Below are positions 55,459 to 64,000 of a stretch of DNA of 64,000 nt, piece after piece (position 1 is the stretch's first letter; every line of letters starts with the position of its first letter). The notes beneath the pieces were generated by a model that did not search any database, was not told the origin of the DNA, and was given only the letters and a program-made list of their open reading frames with translations. The DNA lies in assembly GCA_004764695.1 (NCBI GenBank), contig SMSO01000031.1, forward strand, positions 1,526,436 to 1,590,435. The letters run 5' to 3'. A program made the translations under genes and the position numbers. This stretch comes from Schizochytrium sp. TIO01 (Eukaryota; Protista; Bigyra: Labyrinthulomycetes).

Positions 55459-57942
55459 CGTCTCGAGCTGCCTGGTGTCTTAGTTCTTGTTATTGAGATA
55501 GGTTCTATATATAGCTTTCGGCACGTGCAGAGAATGAGCTGTCGCAGCACGTGCAGCACGTTTGTTTTGTTGTTCGCCAGATAGAGCTGTTTGGTGGGAG
55601 CCCGGCCTTAACTGATCTTCGCAGAGATGAAGCGCTCTGCGATACTGCTGCTCCCGTGGTTCCTTCGTCTGTTGCGTGGTCGGTTGGCTTCGTGGGCAGA
55701 TGGACAGAAGGATGACCTCTCTAGTCGACCGACTCGAAGCTAGTGTTCTTTGTGATAGAAACTTGTGCTGGATCCAGAAAAGGTACTAGGGAAGGCCCCA
55801 GGAGCCTTGGCCTGTTGCGGGGCGGGCGAGGGGCCGTACCGACGTTCCTGAGCCAGTGGGCAACCTCTCCTACTTTGGCGACTTCTACTGCTGCGCCGCC
55901 GGGTCCACGGAATTGTTAACTTATATGTGATGATTCCCAATCTTCAATTTCCGAAGTTCTTTCTTTTGTCAGTATTGCATTTCTTCCTCTTCTCCCTCTT
56001 CCATGCCATTCTTATAGTTTAGAGTGATTAGAGCCCTAGTTGAAACCATGGTGTAACTTCGATATCATCTAAAAATAATATTGCTTGCTTAGTCTGCAGC
56101 TAGAGATTCCTAACGTTTCTTTATGAATAGAATAATAGTTTGAAAGGCGGTCGCAACAAATAAACTAGTCTTTGGAGCCTCCTATGTTGACACGAGTCTG
56201 GGCTTACGAGTACAGAAGCAAGAGAATTCGTGAGGACAAGGTTGTCTGCTCCAGCAGTTTTGTGACGAGCGCAGCGCCTCACTGGATTGTCCTCGTTTTT
56301 GACGAGGACTAACTCATGATTTCGATTGCTTCAGTGAGCCTGGGGCCAGAGGGGTGTGCGCCAATGCCACCTTTGATCAACAACTCGAAGGTTTTCTTCT
56401 TCTTCAATTTAATCGCATTACTCAAGCTGTTGAGAAGAATAACTGGGATGCTATTGGGCTAAGATAGCTTCACGCAGCTTGAAACATTCTTGCTAGGCTA
56501 TTCAGCATGGGGATTCGCCGTCGAAGACTTTTCGAATGGCAGTGCGTAGGTTAGGTACCTTCCTTTTTGGTTAAAACTATGCTTACCAAAAGAATAGCAC
56601 TAAAACTAGTAATAAATTAAATCAAATTTTTGTGATAATGAAGTTTACTCACCCTCCCGACATCGCAAATTGCAGGCCTCTTGCCAAAAAAGAGAGCGCG
56701 TACTAAGTCGCTGCACAACACATCCCCCCTCACGCCACTGCGGCGACCACAAAGCCCGCCTGATTGAAATGGTTTATTTACAGTTATCTCGTGATCCACA
56801 GAAAGGCCGTGCACGTGCGGCACCTTTAGAGGCTCCGTAAGAAGGAATAATGCGTGGTAGTGCTTATGCAGTAGTGCAAGGGCGAATCTTAAAAGGCTGA
56901 TTAGGTACTAGTTACGTATAATAATAGAAAGAAAGAAAAGCGGACTTCCTGGTGTACCTACCTAGGAGTGAAGGCAATCCTTCCTTAAAGTATGTGTAAT
57001 AGATAAGTCCTAAACCCGGAAAGGGTTACGGAGGGCACACTCAAGAGTATTACCTCGTAAAACTGAGAAGATCAGTTTGTATGATAAGTAGAGTAAGGAT
57101 AAGTCTATGTTGCCTTGTTGTGCGCGTGTCGTCAGACTCTCACTAGTTCACTAGTTTGTAGAGCTCATACTTAGTAATCCTCACACTTTTTGCCCACTAG
57201 TTAAAATCTGAGAAAAGAAAAACTGATGGAATAGCTGTCACGAATTTTCAATATTCTCGTAAAAAGAAGAAGTTGAGAAGTTCCTTTGTGTCACTTTCTG
57301 AAGCGAGACAGATTCACCAAAGATTCGCAAAGACTGTTTGCCAGAAGGTTCATGAGACAGTTCTACCATGTTCCGATTAATAGGCTTCAAATTAATGATT
57401 TGAAAGAAAGGGACTACTCGAAATGAATTGTGAATGGTTGAGGCAAAGAAGGTCAATCCTCAGCGACAACAAGAACGGGGATAAGAATAGTAATGAGATG
57501 AAAACAAAAACAAAAAAGGAAAACGAATTATGCTGTCGATAAGATCACGAGTTTTACACGGGTGTAGGCGAAAAAAAAAGAGAGCGAGAATGGTGTGAGA
57601 GGAAGAAGAGTAGGATGCAAGGCCCCACCTCGGGCATATTACGTGAATGAAATGAACTTGCAGAGAACTGGTTGCAACACAATTTGGGGTTCTTGTTTAC
57701 TTCGAAGTCGTTGAGAAAGAGAGAAACACAGGAGTAGTATTAGCGCAACAACAGGTTTAAATGGGATCAGGCATAGGGTCTGTATGGAATTGTGTATATG
57801 AACGAGCAACCATAGCGGATAACGATAAAGCGAGGAGGGAGTTTAACAGAGTCATCGCTGTGTAAGAATGTGTAGGTGTATATGTGAAAATTTGAATGTG
57901 ATGTGTGAGGCGCAAAATCAAAGGACAAAGGGTGTGTGGGGT

Positions 57943-59376
57943 TTACATGAATCCATTGTCCATGAGGTTGCTACGGAGCACGATATCCTTGGCGCTCTCC
58001 ATAACGACCTTGACCTGATCAGTATCTGTTGCTGCAGTGACCTTGACGTAAATCTCGCGTTGTCCCTTAGGAGAGTTGCTGCCGGCACGCTTGTATAGAT
58101 CAATGAGGTAACGGGTTGTTGCTTCGTAAACCTCCTCAAATTCAGGAGTTCCTTCCATGGAGGACGGCGAACCCGGGATGGCCTCTGGGCCATCGTAGTC
58201 AACATTCCGGGCCTCGGGGCCATCAACCACCTTGAAGGGTACAAACTGAAGCTTCTCGCGGAAGATATCCCGTTTGTTGAGGAAGAGAATCATAGACTTG
58301 TCACGGAACCACTTGGACTCGCACATTTCCTTGAAAAGGTTGACGGACTCATCTTGACGGTTGACAGCCTGATCCTCGTAAAGGACCTGATCGTACTCGG
58401 AAATGGCGGCGACAAAGATGACAGCGGTTACGTTATCAAAGCAGTGGATCCATTTCTTTCTCTCGTTACGCTGGCCACCAACATCGAACATGGCAATACG
58501 GACACCACCGATGTTGTACTCTGCTTCCACAATACCGGAGGTACGCACGCGGGCACGGAGAAGATCCTGGTTGGAAGGGAGATAGCTAGGGGCAGCAATG
58601 CGGTCAATGTTGTCCATGTACCATGCAAGAGCATCCTGGACCTGAAAAGAAGAACGCATTCTCCAGGTCTCCTGCACACCGTTGTCGGCCCACATGCTCT
58701 TGAGCTTCTCGCCAACGGTTTTGTCGATGGTGGTGCTGTCATCCATACCCATGATTTCGTCCGCAAGGTCGACGTCATCGGCGGCGGTGTTGCTCTCGCA
58801 GTTCGCAAGAAGGATCTTAAAGTTGCTCATGATGTTGGTGTACACGACCTTGACACCTGCCTGAAGCTCGGCAGGGGTAAATCCATGTTGCTCGGAGAAG
58901 AGAATCTTCATTTGCTTAAAAAGAGTGGACTTACCGGACTCACCAGCACCGAGCAAGAGGAACTTGAGTTTGTTAGCCTCTGCGACCTGCCTATAGATTT
59001 AATCCCGCCACACAAGATCACCGTCGTATGCAAATAGACCATCCACCACCGAACAAAAAGATCAGCACGTTAAACATTAAAATGCACATTACAAGATTGA
59101 GGCGCTCCCGTTAGTTTCCCTTTCCCGATTCTAGCTAGCCAAATTTTGACCCATGAGACAAGATGACTCCTGTCTGCATGAGCTGGTCAAGACACTAAGG
59201 AATCACACTCGATCAGGCTGATGATCATGTTCGTCTTCCCATTATTGTCTTTGGCCAAGCAAACTAACTCCAAGTTCATTTTTAACTTACTGTGCGCGGC
59301 CCTGGGCCTCAAGTTGACGGTTGCGGGCGGCCTCGGCCTGCTCCTCAGCGGACATGCTGCTTCCACAGGCTCCCAT
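57943..59376 (-). CDS. Heterotrimeric G protein alpha subunit, paralog 3 (2 exons)
   Basis: Exon 1 is 59376-59291 (MGACGSSMSAEEQAEAARNRQLEAQGRA+CA), followed by GTAAGT. Intron 59290-58991 ends in TAG. Exon 2 is 58990-57943 (QVAEANKLKFLLLGAGESGKST...RVRTSGI...DVGGQRNERKKW...NKRD...TAATD...MDNGFM). 377 aa with strong codon bias. Confidence 0.95.
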
Positions 59377-59817
59377 GGTGTTTGCTAGTTAAGTCTCAAA
59401 CTGTAGACTGTACAGAACTTCACAAAACCTTGTTTTTGTTGCTGTTAACTTCTCCTACTGTTGTGTGGTAGAAGAAGCTTGTGCGTAACCTTTGTTACGA
59501 CGGAGTCCTCTTGATCTTCCGCGCTTCACGAAAGAACGTCGTTCCCTTGGAGCCCGTCGTTCACACGGTCGTGGTTCGCGCTCTTCAGCTGGTTGCCGTG
59601 AACCGTATGTGTCTAGGCGGACAACAACCTCGCAGCTGATGCTGGCGAGATGTCGCTGCTGCCACCGCCGCTGCTGCTGCTGCTTCCGGCCGACCGTATC
59701 GAAAGGTGAGATCGAGTGCGTGCGGGTTTGCGTGCTTCGCGAGCGTCCTCTCCGGCGCGATCTCGCGGGCGTGGCGGAAGCGAAGGCGAAGGGTTCTGCT
59801 GGCGGAGAGGGAGGAAA

Positions 59818-59973
59818 TAGAGAGAAAGAAGAGAAAACAGAAAAACAGAAAACAGAGAAAAGGAAGCGAAAGAAAGAAAGAAACAAAGTAACAAACAAAG
59901 AGAAAGAGAGAGAGAAAGCGAAAGAAAGAGAAAGAAAGAGAAAGAGAGAGAGAAAGCGAAAGAAAGAGAAAGA

Positions 59974-60025
<52 letters not shown>

Positions 60026-60028
60026 AAG
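59818..60028. repeat. Purine-rich (GA/GAAA)n low-complexity tract upstream of G-alpha 3 (pyrimidine tract on its sense strand)
   Basis: Read directly; includes a pure (GA)n run near 59981-60023. Confidence 0.9.
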
Positions 60029-60623
60029 GAGGTACTTTTGTTTATTCTTCTCATATTTCTATTTAATCAATTCATTTATTTATGTTAAAAAAACAAAACA
60101 AACATTTTTATATAAGAAAAGCTTTATCTACAAAATGAATGAAGCCAAAACCACGGAGGCCTCAAGGTCGAAGAAAGCCGCCAGGTTTGGAGCAGAGCAA
60201 GTAAGGACGACCCATATGAAGTGCAGGCACGCTGGTACGCAGAGCGTCTGTGTTAGTAAGTTGCTCCGTGAGCGAATGGGAGAGAGGGAGCTGATGAACT
60301 TGAAGATTGGGAAGGCGTGCCTGCGCGCGCGCAAAATGGACTCGGAAGTCTGACTCTCTTTTTTCCTTTTTTTCTTCTACACGTCATGTTTTTATTTTTA
60401 ATCTATTTTCATTTTTAATTCATTTTCAATTATATATTTCTTCCATTGCATTGCATGATGTTCTAAGTGTAAAAGAAAAGAAAAGAAAAGAAGAGAAGAG
60501 AGGAGACAACGTTGTGTGTTTTTCCTTTTGCGCTATAAAATCATGGCAAGCGCTAGGAGCCTCTTAGCAAAATAGTTACCGCTCATTACAAATTGCAAAG
60601 TGAGAAGAGAATATGAATGAAAA

Positions 60624-60731
60624 CATTCATTCATTCATTCATTCATTCATTCATTCATTCATTCATTCATTCATTCATTCATTCATTCATTCATTCATTC
60701 ATTCATTCATTCATTCATGCATTCATTCATT
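60624..60731. repeat. (CATT)n tetranucleotide microsatellite
   Basis: About 100 bp of near-perfect CATT repeats. Confidence 0.95.
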
Positions 60732-63700
60732 CGCTCATCTTCTTTCATTTCGAGCGAAGAAGAGCTTTAGCCACCGTCGTTTCCGTCGGCGGCGCTGGTT
60801 TCTTCGTGACCTCGTGGTCAGCAGAGCCTCCAGACGAAGCAGCGAGGACGTAGGCACAGAGAGGAAGGACCGAGGTCATCGTTTGCTTATAGGGGCATTT
60901 CTGCTATTTCTGTTGCTGTAAAATTTGTACTACAGCGCATGAAAGAGTGAAAGAGAGGAAGAAACAAAGAAGCCAAAAAGGGCATATGAACCTTCAATAG
61001 ATAGTGAAGAAGAGGATCGATCGAAATGTCAACGCTTTTGGTACCCCGCTAAGACCTGCGTATGTAGACACCTAAGCCAAGCAGACCAGTGATGAAAACC
61101 ACTGTTGAAATACACAAATAATTATCGAAAAATCAAAGCCAAAGCCAAAAAGGCGCTTTGAGAGGTGACTTCTTCTTAACCCATCCCAAAGTTTCTTCAA
61201 GAAGCATGGGGGCAGAACTAGTAGGCATATCAAACTACCTTTGCACAAACCGATCCCTAATTTCTCGACAGTGCTTAGGTAAGCCAAAGAAGCTTGGAAT
61301 GGGCGGCGATGATAAGTACACAAGTCTGCAGCTTTGGGAAGGGAAGTAAGAAGAAAGCAACTAATGGTTTTTATGAGTATTTATTTTTAACTTCATAAAA
61401 CACCCGTTCTTCCAGGCCTCTATCACCTACATAAACTGTTCTCTAGGACTGTAAGATCATATTTCTCATCCCCGGAGTGAAGGAAACGAAGGTGAGTCAA
61501 CAGCATTTACTATAATAGGTAAACAGAAATATACACATACTTCAACAAGTTTATTATATTACTTAAATTTTATAAATAATAGAATTGCTTTATATAAAGC
61601 TGGGGCTGATTTCAAAAGGATCTTGAACGAAGCGCTCTTTTGCTGAGGAAGACGAGGAGGTAGGTACACAACAATACTTACTGCCTTACAGATCGAGGAG
61701 TGAATTTGCTGTAGTGCAGTAAGGAGTGCTAGCTAGCCCCACGATTCAGAGCAGCGGCTGAGTGCCTACGTTGGTGCGAGGCTGTCGATGAAGATGCAAA
61801 ATGTGGCAAGTGCTCAAGTTGACTTTGCTTTTGGTAAGTTCACTGAGAAGCAGTAGTGCTGCTAAGTGCAGTCTTGTGGCTCTATAACATCTTTCATTTT
61901 AAAATGATATATTTGTTTCTTGATTTTTATAAAACTTAAGAAATTAAATGAAGAAAGTTAGAAAAGTCATTACGTGTAAATTGATTAATTAAAATGAAAA
62001 GCATAATAAAAGCGAATGATGAAAAAAACATCGTGAAGGAAAGGAGAAGTGAAGAAATCGCTACGATGGTACCTGGCACTCTATACAGCTGAGGACTTTG
62101 CAAACGCGAGATCAACCACAAACCAATTGCAACGTTACTTGCAAGGCAAGTTGATAAATACATCAGCAGCTTATAAGAGCTTCGATTAGCTGAGATTTTG
62201 GGAAGCTACGAGTCAACGAATCAGGTAACCCAAAAGCTGGGCAATCTAAAGGTTTGGTTCGTATAGCTGTCGTGTCGTATTCACGGCACGTATCATCTAC
62301 GATTTGATAACGAAGACAGGAAAAAACAAATGAGTTTAACACACATTAGGATAAAGCATTTTGAAGCACTGCAAAGATGCTGCACTGCTCGACTCTTATT
62401 TTGTGCAGTTTGCTTTATAGACTCACTTGTAGGTTAACAACGAAGGTGCATGCTCAATGCAGATGAATACGCGAGCTGTTTGCTTTTGAGAATGCATGGA
62501 ATGATAGCTACCACAGGCTAGTGGTCCTAGTACCTAGTAGGAAATGATGATTCTCATGACCTAACTCTGCGAGTTGAGTTCATGCAAGATCCTTAAAATG
62601 GATTTTGATGGCGTCGTAAAGCTGACGAGATAGCCTTTTGCAAAGAACTGCAAAACTATGTCACAGATCTCGTAAAACAAAAGCGAGTAATACAGCTTCG
62701 GAAACCTCTGCAAACTCTGGTGTTCTCAAGCAGTCAGTTCTTGCATCATTTTCCAATTCGGCAGTGCCAAGTTGGCTCGGAGTTCACAACTATGACGCTG
62801 TTTCTTTGAACGGTGCGAATCGCATAAATCGCAACAACAGCAATAATCACAACCACAACAACAACGCCAGCAGGGTCCCCTCCAGCCCTCACGGCCGTTC
62901 GTCGTGCAAGGGCCGCGCACTTGCTTTCCTTCGCCCGCCACCCAAGTTCAAGGCTTTGTCCATTTATGCACGCGGCCCATCGGCAGCGCTAAGAACTGCT
63001 AAATTGTGTACACATCCTCACACGATGGCGACGGATTATACAAGAAATTCCATGTATGTACTCACTCCTGAAGCATTTATTTTTCAGACTTAAAATTAAA
63101 AATACTTGTTACTCATTGAAAAGAAAGAAAGAAAAGAAAGAAAAGAAGAAGTTAAAATTACCAAAAGCTCTACGTAGCTAGTACTACTATCTCATTAGGC
63201 ACCTCGGTAATGAAGTGCGTACACAAGTTTATTCATTCAAGCGTCATTATCCTAATAAGTCATTCACTCATTCATCCATTCTCTCATCATTCATCATTTC
63301 CATACCTACACTCTCACTCGCTCACCCAAACTACCTACGTTCGATCTGTAAAATATGATATACCCATCTACCTACCAGACAGGACTCGCTGCTGGTGTTC
63401 TAGCAGTTTGCCTACAGCGCCATGCATGAGTAGTAGTAGAGTAGTAAAGAAAGTAAACGGAAGGCACACTCTTATTTCCTGGTGTCGCATGCGTCCCGTC
63501 CCTCTTGTTTGCTTGCTTGCTCTCCATTTCGAGTTGTTTTGCAGCGATTAGGCTTCATGGTTTGTTGTGCAATTATATTCTACGAAGGCAGAGGTGCCAA
63601 CCAGGAGTCCTATGGAGGTCGCTTGAGTTCTAGTACAATTGGGTGGTAGTAGAGAGACAGAACATCTGCTTAGTTTCCAGGTTTGTACAAACAAGGGAAT

Positions 63701-64000
63701 TGGAGCTTCGAATACTACTACATCTCCCGTGGATGCAGTATCTATAAACGTGGCGATTAATGATGAGGTTCGTGAACTCTCAGATGTCATGACGCTGGCT
63801 CAGGCTGGCAAGATATTTCGAAAAAGCCACTGTAGCAGGCCGTATCCAATGGTGTGAATTAAAACCCTGGAGCTTCAGTGATCTTTTCCTTAAGTTGTGC
63901 AGTAATTCTGGAGTGCATGATGAGCAAGTGCAGCATAAGCCGTCTGTCAAACCTTCAGCAGGCAAAAGAGCTAGATGAATGGAGGTGCAAACTTGTGATT

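Noticed and set aside
59455-60088. ~200-aa ORFs on both strands (poly-SL / poly-RE)
   Set aside because: Produced by the (GA)n low-complexity tract and the G-alpha 3 leader region; no domain content.
60624-60731. Regular repeat arrays as CRISPR or telomeric repeats
   Set aside because: Simple microsatellites with no spacers, no cas genes and no TTAGGG-type arrays; the context is eukaryotic.
63550-64000. Short coding-like fragments at the window end
   Set aside because: Frames are interrupted by stops and no family is recognisable; the region is truncated by the window edge.

Overview
Eukaryotic nuclear DNA. It is gene-dense, the long CDSs are mostly intronless, five genes have a single 5'-proximal GTAAGT...AG intron, and the intergenic tracts are microsatellite-rich. 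This style suggests a stramenopile, probably a thraustochytrid/labyrinthulomycete (inference only). About 16 protein-coding loci can be supported: COX5B; a frame-split Gln-rich Sgf11-type zinc finger/PHD/ZZ protein; a type I membrane protein; a 1.3-kaa piggyBac-like DDD transposase derivative; an MFS transporter; a four-domain voltage-gated cation channel; TAF5; a Trf4/PAPD5 polymerase; an RNI-like LRR protein; MAF1; a CHORD protein; NDUFB11; SF3A2; and a cluster of three heterotrimeric G-alpha paralogs. I reconstructed five spliced gene models by hand whose first exons are missing or unlinked in the ORF track. Most notable observations: (1) the piggyBac-like protein appears to carry a YqaJ/lambda-exonuclease-like domain and a SAP-like motif nested inside its DDD core, with degenerate catalytic motifs; (2) the channel has a non-canonical A/G/K/D selectivity filter, a charge-depleted domain IV S4 and an N-terminal PLC-type PH domain; (3) the three G-alphas share a lineage-specific insertion, and one is a fast-diverging duplicate; (4) a probable decayed Polo-like kinase pseudogene lies at about 7.4-8.1 kb. 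I found no rRNA, tRNA or CRISPR. All family assignments come from motifs recognised by eye, not from database searches.
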